DNA of 51,975 nucleotides, the filler included, from Sphacelaria rigidula (taxonomy: Eukaryota): assembly GCA_964200075.2 (NCBI GenBank). It is 4 parts of 4 records of this genome, joined end to end, with 100 filler letters (N's around TTAATTAATTAA, not from the genome) between each part and the next. Parts side by side here need not be neighbours in the genome. Positions count along the whole stretch, not along the records: positions 1 to 12,920 come from CAXNAA020003304.1; 3 more parts are not named here. One strand, given 5' to 3'. The position numbers and the translations under genes are program-made. Of this stretch, positions 1 to 13,020 are shown in pieces (within the stretch, counting starts at the first letter, position 1; every line of letters starts with the position of its first letter). The notes under the pieces were generated by a model. That model searched no databases. It saw only the letters and a program-made list of their open reading frames with translations, and was not told the DNA's origin.

Positions 1-226
1 ACTAAAATGAAAGGCGCGTACCGGGGGAGAGATGAGTTGATCCCTTGAGACCACAGACTCATCCCGAGGAAGGGGAGGGGCTCAAAATGTGAGGAAAAGA
101 ATTATATATATATATATATATACACTGAAGTGCTCGTCCGACTGCTCGCCTGATTGGGTGCGTTATTCAATAGCGATGTAATTTACGGAACAAAAGCACC
201 TGCTGATGTTTGGAAATGTCACTCAC

Positions 227-2460
227 CTTTTGGTGTGTAGACAGGCGTTCATAAGAGCCGCTAACGCCAAGCTCCTAGCCTCCGATCGATTCATATCCTT
301 GAGCGTATATATCAACACGGGCAAGCACAAAGAGAAACAACGAAAGGTACCGAAGATTCTGCTTACAGAACTCCGTTCTCTTGCCGCATCTCTTGGCCCA
401 GTTTTGTTTTGGGAGCTCCGAGAACAGCTTCCAACTACCAACCAACAGCAACAACGAACACCCTTCCATATAGAGTGCATTGCAAGGCATCGAGGGCGGA
501 ACATCGGGCAGCGATCACACTTGCTGGAAACACGCACACGTTGGTGCCGGCGTCACTAAATCTGACTCATGCAGCGCGGACTTCAACGGTAACCTAACTT
601 CTGCTCAGCTGCCTCTTCGGTAACCCCAAACTGAGCAGAGTGCGATCCTCACTCCCGTGGTAAGCTAAGCACATATCCAAGCTCAATAATTGCAACGGTA
701 GCAGGGACCTACAACAAAGCCCCGAATCTTGCCCAACTAGGACGACATATCTATCCCAGTGCTAGTGCTGCAAAATAATGTTTCGATGTGCTCGAGAGAA
801 TGCTTCACCTTCTTGTCGCCTGCCATCGCCACCAGCGCCCTTGCAGTTGTTGTCCCGTTTGTGTTGGCAACTGACGATTGATGGTGATCGTCGGAAACCA
901 TGCTGTCAGCTGTACTCGAGGGCCTTGCGGAGATCGGTTGGGCAAAACTTTCTCTAAAGCCGGCGTGCAGCGCTAGATTGGCGAGAGCTCCACACAAGGC
1001 CTTGCCTACGTCCACGGGAGCGTCCTACAAACGTGTTTGGTAGTAAAAGATAAGAACCTAGATGCGCTCACGTGGGGTGCTAAACGGAGCAAGCTTACAT
1101 CGTAGATTACACCAATATATACGTATTTCACGCACGCGGATCCATACAGTGGTGGAGGGGAGAAGTTCCGTGGTGGTGGTTGAGGATATATCGTTGGGTA
1201 CGATGCAGGTGTCACAACGCGTGATATACTGGCTGCATTTGGTCCAGATACGGTGTGTGAATGTGTTTGTGACCGCAATTATTCATGAACAGTCCACCGA
1301 TGGATCTTGAACAACCCCACTAATGTAAGGAATATCCTCTGATGGTTTAGTGGTGGGGGTAGATTAAAGTAAGATGATAGTGCCTCGCAGAATAGCGGTC
1401 TTCTTCATCGTTAATGCCGGCTTGAGTAAGTTATTCTAGACGGTCTTATCTTGTCCACAATATGGCGCATCTCACCAGAGTTTCCTGAATTTGGACTTTG
1501 TGCGTATGGAAAGCATGCCTGATAGGCTTTTGCGCTTTATGCGATTTTTTTTTTATGCACGTTTTCTCCTTTTTTCATGTTCCAAAGTGAACATTATGCG
1601 CCGGTTTATGCGTATTTTGCTTAAATAGGCGCGACTTATGCGCCTTTTTCGCGTCCTTCTAGAGGCGGTTCCTGGCGGGTTCCGCGGTTTGATGTGAAAA
1701 ATGACACATTTGTTTTGTTATCAGTTTCACAAAGACATAAAGTAGCTGACGTACAGCACCATAACCGATATCAGACCCACAAGAAATAAAATAAAATAAA
1801 TTACGAACGCAAACGCCACGACTCCACGAACCACGCCACATGGAGCACCCGTGGGCAGCTACTAGCTGCTGGATATGGGGTGCATAATCCCGTCGGAGTA
1901 CTATACGCCAAGTTATGCGTGAAACTTAGCTCTTATGCCATTAATATGCTGAAATATCCAAAAACATGTGTTTTTCGAAAAACGCATATGCTCATGCTCA
2001 AAACTCGGTTTTATGCGAAATCATATGCGCGCATAAAAAGCAAAAGTCCAATGTCTGTTGGCGCTTCGTCGCCTTTTTGCAGTGTGGAAAGGCCAGGCGG
2101 ATTTTGCCACCTCAGAATGACTTCTTCTGCACCTCGAGAAGGTTCCAGCGGAATTCGCCGATTTCGCGAACGCAGCTCTTCTGTGTACTGATTATAGATT
2201 CCGCACACGATCTGGACGGGTCTTCGATTACTGTCTTGATTAGATGCTCTTTTGTGTACTGAAACATTTCTGTCGCGTTCGGAAACTACCAACACCACCC
2301 GAAGTCAAACTTTGTACTTTGTGAAGTAGATAAACACTCGGCAAAGTTGGCCCGAACCCTGTCAGAGAGCAGCAGGTCAAGTCATTCCAAGGTAAAAGGA
2401 TTGACCTTCAAGTCATCTTTGCAAAAACCGCCAAATCACGCAATTAAACATTTTTTCGTG

Positions 2461-2537
<77 letters not shown>

Positions 2538-5500
2538 TGTGTGTGTGTGTTGTGTGTGTGTGTGTCGTCATCCCATATATTCTGGACGTCAGTCTACACC
2601 TTTCGTTATATGTGGGCGCATCAGCCGGAGTCACACAGGAGAAAGGCCGACACAGAAGCTTTTCATCTTTTACTTTGTTTTCAGTACTCCACCTTCCTTC
2701 TGTGGTGCTTGCCTTATTGTTTAATGCGAGAGGGATTCAGCAGTAGCAGTCCCTTTTCCTCGTCGACCGTGAAGTCGAATTTTGGATTGTTAATGATCAC
2801 AAGAGGTGACCTGTCTAATTGTCGGCGAACAACAGCACATTTAAGTATTCTGACTTGCCGCTGAAAGCACGAAATGATGGCTTCGTTTATGAAAAACTCC
2901 GGGAGGGCAACTGTTGACAATCCCATTCGGTTCAAAATAGGTGCAGCCCGATAGCACCCCACCAGGGCACACCGCCAACCGGCCGAAACTCGGTCGCTAC
3001 CCCTGTACCCGGACTTACGAAATCCGACCAGCGACTAAGATCTCACCCGCATCCGGGCGCTTTGCTCTCTCCACGCATGCAAGGCCCCGCCAAGGACTGG
3101 TGCAGGAGACGTGATCCTCATTTTCGTACCGTCAAACGTCTTGTCCGACTGACTTTCTTCTACTGCCGCCACCGCCATGCTGCGCAGCGATTTTACAGCT
3201 GTCGCCGCCGTTTTGCCGAGGAGAAGGTCCTTGAGTGTTTCTGCCGCTGCCTGGACGGCCAGCGGCGCCGCTGAATTCGCATCGATTAGTCCAACTAGCC
3301 CCGATAGGATGGGGGTGCTCCTGCGAGAGTTTGTGCCGTTGGGGGAGCAGCGACCGTCGTGAGAAATGGGAAATTTAGAACGTTGCTCTTGAATAAAATC
3401 TGTGGGGGCCTACTGTTGTTGTTGCTGTTGTTGTTGTTGCTGCTACTGCTGTTCTCACATTAGCCCTTTCCCAGAATCTAGCATCCGTCATCACAAAGCC
3501 ATGGCTCTGAAACATAAAGACAAGAAAAAAATATATAATACACCCACGAACATTAAACCACGGCGCCCCGGAGGGTGGAGTTGTACAGACACATCAGCAA
3601 AGAAAAATCGTGTAACCGTCGTTCAGTACGAGAAGGTGAGTGAAAATAAATATACTATTTTCGAACGCACCCGGCCACACGAACACGCACTTGCAGATCG
3701 CCGGCCGCTCGCCAGATCACTACAGCAGCTGCTCCCGCCGTGCTCCACGTATCTGCTGACCTCTCTTTTGAGGAAGTGCTGCATAGGAGTTGAAATCATA
3801 GCCGTAATGCCATAGCATAACAACAAGCAATCGAGAGGAAACTTGAAGCCTGCCGCAGATATCCACTCGGCTTTTTATTCATCCGCCGACGACGCTGATA
3901 CTATTTGAATACGTCCAGGTTTGCTAGCCTCGCTGAAAGTCGGTGGGATACCCAGCGCTCAAACGTCTGCGTGGCCAAAGGGAAAATTTACCTAACGTCA
4001 CCCATGCCATTCGTAGGTGCAAGCGATCACTTCCTTTTTTCGCCGGGGGAAACAGCATGAACAAAAATAGGAACGAACACCACTCCCGCGCGTCAAGCTC
4101 GTGTCTCATGTCTAGAAGCCACCGATCCAAAAGCAACTGGGATAGATCCCAGCTGTCCTCTTCGGGCGTTGCGAGCCAGGCTCTCAACTCGAAGGGTTAC
4201 CCACGAACACGAGTCATTTACTGCCGATAGAAATAGGTACGAAGTACAGGTGAAGTAATGGTCCTGACTTTTCTTCGCGTCTTCTTCAAGTTTTCCATTG
4301 TTCATGAAGATGTGCTGAACAGTGGGACTTCATATTTATAATAACAGACATTCGACGGAGACGAAGGATTACGAACGCGGATCAAACATTTTTCAAATCA
4401 TTAAGTTCCTGAAACACGGCGATATTGGAAGAATTGGAAATACTCCGAAAGAAACGCGGGGGAAACTAATCATCGAGCTTAGAGGGATCCGAATGGTACG
4501 GTTATTGTTCCATTATGCATTCCAGCAGAAATATTGCGGCCAGGCAGTGCCGAACATTTGAAAAAACGTACACCAAAAACGCTTACAATGTGTCCGCTGC
4601 ATTCCGGCAGTCGCCAGCTGCTTGCAGCACCAAGCCGCACCCGTCCAAAAGACCCGAACGCAGCACATCCTGTTGTGCCAACCGCTCGCCTCCCGTCATG
4701 GCCGCCGCTACAGCCGACAGCAACCCTCCAAGTCGCCTGAACCCCACGCGGCTAAGGGCGTTCTGTTTCTCTAGACCGGTTTCATCAATCTCGTCGCTAC
4801 CTGCGCTGTCATGGCTTGAAAATTCCTTGCAAGGTTCCGAAGGCGCGGGGTTCGACGCTGAAGCAGCCTCGCCTGTTGGCACTAGAGCACGTTTGTTCGT
4901 AGAAGTATCGCTCGTATTGATGCCGGTGCATTTCTTCACCTTCTTCATCCCGGCATTGTTTCCCGTCGCAGCTTTGGTGAGGGCGGCAGCTGCAGTCGCC
5001 AAACTGGCCAGTCCGCCGGACGCTCTGAGGTATATCCTTGCCGTCGAGCTGGCCTCCAGTAGTGCTGCCAGGCGAAGCAGCGGGTCCAAGAGTATTTCTA
5101 GTCCTTGTCCGTATGATGGAGAAGACGGGCACAGTCCGGCACCGGTGCACAGTAAATCTTCGGGCGTGAAACGGGTCGAGGCTTGTCACGAACGTGCAAG
5201 GCGGACCATGCGGTAAAACGGCGTGAATTTCACCACTCCGAGAATAGCGTCAGAGTTCCATCGCAACGCCGATCGATCTCCTAGTGTCATGTCGTGATAT
5301 CGGTGACCCAAACGTCTCACCTTGAAACTCGACGGGCCGTGTCGTGTCCTCCTTTGTCCACTCATTGTCACCCCCAGGTACCTCGTTCAATCGCAGAGCC
5401 TCTTTCAATAGCTTGTCGACCATCCCAATCTCCTCATTCTCTTCCGCCGTCTCCTCCGCCTCGACGACCACTCCCGGTGGAGACTCCTGATTCGTTGGTT

Positions 5501-8500
5501 GAGCAGGGAAACCGCCGTGCTTTGCCTTCCCAATCGACGCATCACCGCCGTCGTTGCGATTTATCTCGTCTCGGCGGTGTTCAGACTTTTTATCCATGAC
5601 CTGGCATATTTTTTGTCGCTCAACGTCGAAGCGAACATCCCGGGCACCCTCGCGGTCGCTTGGCCTGCCTGTAGCCGACTGTCGAGACTGTTGAGTCGCC
5701 CTGGGGGTAGATAGTATTCCACCTGAGAGGCCACGTGCTTTTCGCGCTCGGTGCATAACTTCAGCTTCCACCTGATGGGTTCAAGAGGATAGGTATGTGT
5801 TTGGGGTATAATGGTGACATGATCAGGAACTACGGATGGATGCGCGACGAAGATCGCGTCAAGTCGTCAACACAACGTGAAAAGCATGTTAGAGAGACCC
5901 TCTAGCTCGGACCCTGGTTTCACAGCGCTTCAAAATTGTGCTGGAAAGAAATTCCCACAAGTGTAAAATGGCTTCTGCGGGATGCTACTCCTCGAAAAAA
6001 CGAGGAAAAGGCACTTCAAAGCACACCTTGTTAGTCCCATTTTTTCGTGCCTTGAAGTTTCTGAATGTGCATATTCCGAGTAATTTCATCATTACACGAA
6101 AGGGGCCACTCTGCGCCCATACAACAGCCGGTGCACTGATAAAGCGAACAGCAACGGAGAACTCAAGCACCCCGAAAACGTATTAAGGTAAGTTTCTGGA
6201 ACCACCTGACCTCGTCCCATGAGGTGCATCCCGACTCTTACTGTGAGAAGACGAAGTCAAACTTAACTAACATTGCAGTTACTAAACGACTTTTATCTTT
6301 TTCTCGACTTGTAGTTTGACACCACAGTCCCTACCTGAGCGAAATTACTGCCGTGTAGGATGAAAGGAAGTAAAAACAACGATAAACAAGTTGAGTGGAA
6401 ATCCACCAGCTCGGTGGGAATGTAGGTACTAGAACTAAACTTGACTCGTAAGCTAGATCTCCGCATAAACATACAACGACGAAAATCGGGCGCAAGTCTA
6501 TGTTCTCCTGACCGACTAAACATTTCGTAACGACAGGCACGCAGACACGTACCGCAACCTAACGCTCATCACAGGGTCCTTCACCAACGTCTTCCACCGA
6601 CTACCCAGTACATAACTTCAGTCGCTCCTTTAGTATAACACCACCTTTTCTTCCTCCATCTCGCGCCTCAGATGATCCCTCTGGCGTCGAACATCCTCGC
6701 TTGCGGGGTCCATTTCCACGGCCTTTTTCAGATCCAATAGCGCGAATTTCATAAGCCCCTGTCTCCCTCCACATCTCTCCCGCAAGGCCTCCACTTCTCG
6801 CGCAACGCCATCTTGTAATCCCTCGCTTTCGTTGCTGAGTTTTCCCCCGTTTGTGATGATGACGTCGACAGCTGAATAAGCAGGGTGTGGGCATTATTTT
6901 TTGTATTGGTGTGGCAATATCCCCGGAAGAAAAACCGTGTGCACGCCCCAAGCCACATCGACATTTCTATGCCCAGGTCATCCAAACCTCCCAAGTCTAC
7001 GCACAGATTGTTGATCATTATTCAGCACGTGTACTGAACGAACGTGAGGAATTTAGCGTACTGTATCATGCCTTCTCGGCGAAACGCTCGAGGCACTTAC
7101 GTGGTGAAATCGAGGAATTCTCCTTGGGCACGGGCGTGGGGGCGATGGCCGTACTTGATACGGAAGGTTCCGGTGCTGAGAGTGCAACAAACGCTGTAGC
7201 TCGCCTGGAAAGCGCTTTAACGTAGCCGGAGTGCACGTGAAGAGCACGGTCGCAGAACTCTATGGCATCCATCCACCTTTCCAGCTTGATCAACGTCTGC
7301 AATGTCATGAACAAATTACACCAAAGAGTTGAAGGTGTGGTACCAAATTGCAATCGGCAAAGAAGCAGGATGAGTCCGGAATGGTATTGACTGCCGTCAA
7401 ACCCAGCCTAAACGGATATCTCATGCGTGAGTGCATCATTGGAAAGTGTAGGCGGCCTCGCCGGGCGGATGTCGACCAAAATTCATTCTTTCCTGACAGG
7501 ATATATGAAAATAGCACAAGAATACCACTGAAAAAGATTACCTACTAAAACTGACTACCGGGGGGGAGCTCACACCGTGGCAATCCGTGACAATTAGAGG
7601 CGCGCGCCGAATCTCGTGCCGCCAGTGGATCCTTACTGCAAGCACCATACCGGGTATACCTTGATTCGGGTCATGATAAAATCCCGAATAACAAAAGAAC
7701 CATTTTACCTGTAATTCCCGAAAACATCATGGTCTCACTGATATCCATTTCCCCTACACCCAGGTGCATGTCGCATGCGCATGTATGTATCCTTGACTGT
7801 GAGTACATTCGACCAGCCATCATACTGTAAAAATCGAACACAATACTTGCGGTTGGATGCGAGCGCTAGCATCACCCACCTGTGCCACGTTTGCCAATGT
7901 GTTCGCCGCGTACGGGGCCGCACGGAGGCTGGACATATATAGGTCTAGAGCCTGCTCCCAACGCTTGGCCTTGTAGAAGCGGTTTCCTTTAAGGCGCGCC
8001 GCATCCGCTTGATCCTCCTTCTTTTCCCTGCTTCGGTTGAATCACAGTCGTGGGTGGCGTAAAGGTTAGGGATACCGGTGAGACTTCGCTCGCGGATACC
8101 TCAGTAACTGATAGGGGCTAAGCTTGCTGCAAACGTTTCTCCAACGCGCGGGCGACCTGCCGATGAAGAGCAGTTTGGTTGCTCTATTTCAAAATAGAGA
8201 TCAAGCACAGTGAACGCACCGGGCTCTGAAAACACGCCGAGTATGACAACAACGTAGAACCTGATGCATCTCGATAGCCAGAGGTATAACAGTCTGCTTT
8301 GCTACGAACGAACGCATTCAACTTCCCAGGCAGGGTACAATGTTTGCTCGGTTTCACATGTTCAATCGTTGCGGCAAAAAATGATGAGGTGAAACCGTAT
8401 TGCAATCTGACAGTAAAACGGGATGTCGCCCCACTTACCTGGCCTCCGTGCGAACCTTCATATCATCCGTCATCTTTGCGCAAAAATCCACGTTGTTTTT

Positions 8501-10593
8501 CTCAAACTCTTCGCTTTTCTTCTTCTCTTCCTCTTCCTCCCATTCCTGTTGTTCCGACAGCGTGGCTGGATCTTGCGGATTCCACTTGTTCCACCTAACT
8601 CCGCATGCACCACACGACGCGACACCGCTGAGACAAAGTCGCGCAGAGTGAGTTTTCAATCAAATCGTGCACTGAGCTGTTGACACAAAACTGATTTTCG
8701 TCGGCACAAGCCATCTCGGTCTGTAAGCCATGCAATCCTTGTGTTGCACTAACATATCCGTGCCAAATCTAAGACGGTACACGACGAAGCGTGTACGCCC
8801 ATTTTTTCAAGTACACAAGCTACTTGAGTATTATGCTCGTTACAAACTCCAATAAACATCAACGAGGAGTATTTACCCGGGATACGAAGTGACACACTTG
8901 CCAGGACCCTTGGTGACAAATGCGCATCATACCTGCTGTATTCCATGCCGTATCTCTCTTTCAGCCTGGCTTTATCTTCCTTACTCAGGACCCTAATAGA
9001 ATACGGAGTTTGGCTCGGAATATCACCGTCACGCGCCTCGTTGGGCGGGGCGCATTCGTAATCGCACGGTGAACCATTTGGCGCAGTCCGCGGCACTCGA
9101 CTTCCGTACAACAGTTCGGCACCCCTATTGTGAAATGAGGCAGATGCGGATGTGAGCAAAAGTCGAAAGCACTACATGTAGGGCATGGTCCTACGTTGTC
9201 CCGTGTCTTGAATATTATGGAAGAAGTCCAAGCCCTCAAAAAAGTTGCCAAGTAGACAGTAGAGAGGCCACACTGACCCCATCAGGGTGGAAACACAGCT
9301 ATGGCACCGTGTAGCTCTTACGCCCATTCCTGAGTGGTATTTATGATTGCGTCCGTGCTTCGACACCGCCTCTGACTAGTTTGCACAGGGTAAGCCAGCT
9401 GTAGATATATCATGCGGTAGAACGTACGTCCACCATTTGTCGCGCTCCTCCTTTCTTTTGCGTTCTCGGTTCTCTCGCCCCCGCCTCTCCATATCTTGCC
9501 TTCTCCGCCTGACATTGCACCCACGCCCAAAAGACAGCAATAGCGATATATTGAGATAGCGTTATTGAGTGATGCCACGATAGCTCCCCTCCAAGCCAAC
9601 CCCGAAACTGCTACGAAAAAAATAATTATACGGCGCATGATAGCCGGTTCCAGAATGCATGAAGCGCCTCATGTGGGCGACATTGGTAAAAGCAATCCCA
9701 AGCGTGGGAGTTCCCAGCTGCTCGGTGTGCTCGGTTATTGTCATTTTGATTCACGTTCAAACCAGCCACCTTTCTGGGGGGGGGGGGCTATCGCGACAGC
9801 AGTCTATTCCACAAGGGTAAACGAACCATTCAAAATCACCTCGCAAAGATGCCCCCGGTGTCGACGGTATGTGCCTGAAATGCAACCGCCAAATTTGCTT
9901 AACGGCAACGAATGGCGTGAAGCTGACAGCTCGATACTACCAAGTTGAGGGCTTTGACGCAGGCGAGCGTGAACAGTAGCGAAAAGATAGGTCACACATA
10001 CTATATAACTCAGTACGTGTCATACAGAGCACAGAGCAGTATCGCTTTTGACCCACGGACGGACCTTTTTTCCTCCTTCATTTGGCGCTCTTCCTCCAGC
10101 GTGGGCACCCCGTCAACGTGCACTTCCGACGGATCCAGCGTCCCATCCTGTCAACCAGGCAACGTAGAAACGATCCAGTACTGCTGTGCGATCGAGCTTC
10201 TTACGGTTGTATTGTACTGAAACTGGATTGAGGTTCTTTCCATTAAATACCCTTGTACAAACAAAATCCATCCAACTGCACTGGCATATTTCATACGGTA
10301 TAATCTTTGAGAATTGGCGATGCTAGGCGCCGTATGGGATGAAGATACCGCACCTTCATGGCTTGAATCGCAGCGTTGACAGCATCGACTTTGGTGATGA
10401 AAGAATCGATTTCACCGTCTTTGACCCCAGTTCGCTTTTCAAAGTCCAGCAGACGATCTACATCAAATCCTTTCCCCCCCCCCCTCCCCCGCCACCACCT
10501 CCTCCTCTTCTGTCGCTCGTTGCCTTGGACATCGCCATGCTGAACACTGAGGGTGCCGAGGGAGCCGGAGCGCCCAGGATCGTCAATTCGCAT
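227..10593 (-). CDS. TTC12: TTC12-like TPR + armadillo-repeat protein (axonemal dynein assembly co-chaperone family); multi-exon, 3' end runs off the left edge
   Basis: Manually spliced GT-AG exons with consistent phases: 10354-10538 (or 10593), 10065-10147, 9428-9508, 8933-9124, 8439-8594, 7880-8027, 7101-7296, 6645-6871, 5321-5771, 4587-5157, 3671-3778, 3047-3320, 809-1024, 227-297 (14 seen, at least one more beyond the edge). N-terminal IDSFITKVDAVNAAIQAM and pre-TPR helix FCAKMTDDMKVRTEAREKKEDQADAARLKGNRFYKAKRWEQALDLY resemble TTC12. TPR motifs NVAQTLIKLERWMDAIEFCDRAL, VKALSRRATAF and ALLDLKKAVEMDP. ARM-like segments ARIYLRASGGLASL, CGALANLALH, LALAALMNAC. Confidence 0.85.
2457..2790 (-). 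mobile_element. 3' part of a tRNA-derived SINE with (CA)n tail, intronic
   Basis: The reverse complement matches 19555-19790 (AAATTCGACTTCACGGTCGACGAGG...GAAAGGTGTAGACTG...CCAGAATATATGGGATGACGACAC) and ends in a long (TG)n microsatellite at 2457-2565. Confidence 0.75.
9573..9798. mobile_element. MITE family A copy (intronic in TTC12-like gene)
   Basis: Imperfect TIRs TGCCACGATAGCTCCCC / GGGGGGCTATCGCGACA. Internal core CCCAAGCGTGGGAGTTCCCAGCTGCTCGGTGTGCTCGG is shared with 33342-33853 and 37950-38203. Confidence 0.7.
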
Positions 10594-10738
10594 ACTCTAT
10601 GGCCATTTTCCATACAGGGGGTGGTAAATAACATGACGTGAACGCCACGGAGGACAGACACGAGCGGACCCACAAGTCAGTGTGAACATGTGTCCCGTGT
10701 AGGCAGGAAGAAGCTAAGCGGCGCTCAGTCGGTGAAAA
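10594..10738. promoter_or_regulatory. Putative bidirectional promoter / shared 5' region of the divergent TTC12-like and PPR genes
   Basis: Only 145-200 bp separate two divergent start codons (minus 10593 or 10538; plus 10739). No specific promoter motif identified. Confidence 0.5.
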
Positions 10739-12477
10739 ATGAAGATGTTGTGGTTACTGGCATGCTCGTCTCTCTTGCTGACCTCCACTACTGCCTTCCT
10801 GCAGCCATTGCCACTCCCAGCCGCCCATCCGGCCGCAACATGTGTGGGGAAATCGCTCTTTTCATGCTACCATCGGAGAACTGCCAGCAGCAGCAGCGGC
10901 GGCGGCGACGGTGGCGGCAGCAGCAGTGCTGGTACCCGTAAGAGACCAATCACATCTACCGGTGTATCAACTACTGTATCATTGGTTACCGCGGCGCGCA
11001 GCACGCTAGGTGTACTACGGGCGACCCCGACGCTCTCTGCAGCCGACCAGGGTGATGTAGATGACCCACCGAACTTTCAACCAGAGGACTACGACAAGGC
11101 TGATGGCGTAGCAGCATCGGGAGACAAGCGGGGCAGCAGATACGATGAATTCATGGACGAACTCGATGCTCTCGACGACCTTCATGGCCTCCACAATATG
11201 AACAGACCCGGCGGCGACAGCGGAGGGGACCTGGACGCCCTTGATGATGCATTGCAGCGTGACACTCGTGTAGAGCCAAGTGTTGATCGGTCGGCGCCCG
11301 TCGGCGGCCGGGACCCCGAGGACGACGGCTTCGGTGCTTTGGATGATTTGCTCGGACTGGACGACGGACCTGGGCGTCTTGAATCCCCGCTCGCTGCGAA
11401 TGATCCTGGTGTTGAAGTTGATCAAGTTACAAATGTACGTGCTACTGCAGGAGAGGTCCATGCCGACAGTTACGCCACTGTTGACAGTCCCATTGCTGGT
11501 GATGACTTGTGGGATGGTCAGCCCTCCAGTGATGCAAAGCCGGGGGCAAAAGACCAGCCTACAGATGGCGGAGCTTGGAAGTCGCCAGAGTTGGATAGTA
11601 GCGCTTCAAGTGGAGATTGGCTAGACGGCATTCTCAATGCAGATGATGACGGTAGTTTCGCTCAGCAACCAAAAACAGCCAAGGTCAGCAATGGCGGGAT
11701 TCCTTCATCCGATTATGACGATCAGTCGTGGCGGAAATATTTTCCTCATCTAGACGGTAATGCACCGGTGAAGGGAGGAAGAAATACTGACCCAGCGAGA
11801 AAGAACGGCGAAAGAAATCAGGGCGCAGGATCAGCGGTGCCCACCGAGCAGCCTCCCGATTCTATCGAAGACTGGCTAGGCGATGCTCTCGCAGAGTACG
11901 ATGACGACCAGTCCGCCGGATCTTCCTCGACGGCTAAGCGTGGTGGAAGCGATGAGGGGACAGGGGGGTTATCAGACGTGATCACGGGCTCGAGCGCACT
12001 TAAAGACTGGAGGTCTCCGACGGCGCCGGTGCGTAGTGACGTGATGGGCACAGGTGGGCGAAAAGGCAAGCGAGGTCCAGTCGACGACTTCGGCGGGTTT
12101 CCCAGGCCTGGGCGGGACCCGGGACGAGGTGATGGCACCAAGGATTATCCCGAGTCTAGGCCGTCTGGCTCCGATGAATGGGGTGGATCTTCAGCGGGCG
12201 GGGCGGGGCTGTTGGGAGCAGACTACGGGGGTTCCTACAGAAGTACAGGCAGCGCCGGATGGGACGATCGAAGCCCCGGCGGGGGTTGGGACAGGGAGTT
12301 GTACGAGGGGCATGAGGACGCCGGGATGTTTTCGTATGACCCCACCGGGGATGCACAGCAAGCAGTAGTGGATGATTTGAAGATGCTGGGGAGCCGGGGT
12401 CGGTGGCAGGACGCGCTGACGGCCTTGGTTGGTGCGAAGGTGCGGGGTGTGCCGATCAACGTCTCCATGTACAACAC
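10739..12477 (+). CDS. Pentatricopeptide repeat (PPR) protein, probably plastid-targeted; first exon only
   Basis: 580-codon open frame. Signal peptide MKMLWLLACSSLLLTSTTA followed by F (ASAFAP-type cleavage) and a Ser/Thr/Arg-rich transit region, then a long acidic low-complexity stretch. Ends in a PPR-like motif LKMLGSRGRWQDALTALVGAKVRGVPINVSMYNT with a GT donor at 12478 (AC|GTGAGG). Later exons are cut off by the segment end. Confidence 0.85.
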
Positions 12478-12920
12478 GTGAGGAATCGATTGAACAGTTC
12501 AGTTCGTGCTGTGTGCGTCTCTCTATGGCGGTTTTGTTGCGGTTGTCTCACGATGGACAGTGCTGGTCGGCATAGAAGGAACTTATGAAGCTGTTGTGAT
12601 GCTAGCTGATATTTCGTATCTACTGCGGCGCCATCTCTCTAGAAGATAAACATTTGGATGTCTCCCGTTGCTGTCAAGCTTGAGTGTGAAACTGACGGCA
12701 TCAGAAAAAACAAGGTATCGCCGAGGAAACTGCGAGAATTCGCACATTATCGTGCCTGCGGTACTCATTGATGTGAAACCATGTTCCGACTTTGCAGTTG
12801 TCGTGTCCCTCGGGACTATCCTCTCCCCTGACTTCAAAAATCCCCTGTGAGAAGGGGGGGGGGGGGGGGGGGGCGAATTTTCTCTTACACCCCCCCGGGG
12901 GGGGGGGGAGGCGGGGGGGG

Positions 12921-13020
12921 NNNNNNNNNNNNNNNNNNNNNNNNNNNNNNNNNNNNNNNNNNNNTTAATTAATTAANNNNNNNNNNNNNNNNNNNNNNNN
13001 NNNNNNNNNNNNNNNNNNNN
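12921..13020. other. Artificial scaffold linker
   Basis: 100 bp of N44-TTAATTAATTAA-N44, a spacer with stops in all frames. Confidence 0.97.

Noticed and set aside
2347..2864. Cys/Val- or His/Thr-rich ORFs
   Set aside because: Translations of a (TG)n microsatellite and SINE body.
3924..4187. Extra TTC12-like exon
   Set aside because: Exons 4587-5157 and 3671-3778 already join in phase, and this frame lacks convincing splice sites.
4515..5216. 233-aa plus-strand ORF
   Set aside because: Antisense shadow of a TTC12-like exon.
12965..12976. TTAATTAATTAA palindrome as a biological site
   Set aside because: It sits identically in the middle of all three N linkers and is an artificial spacer.
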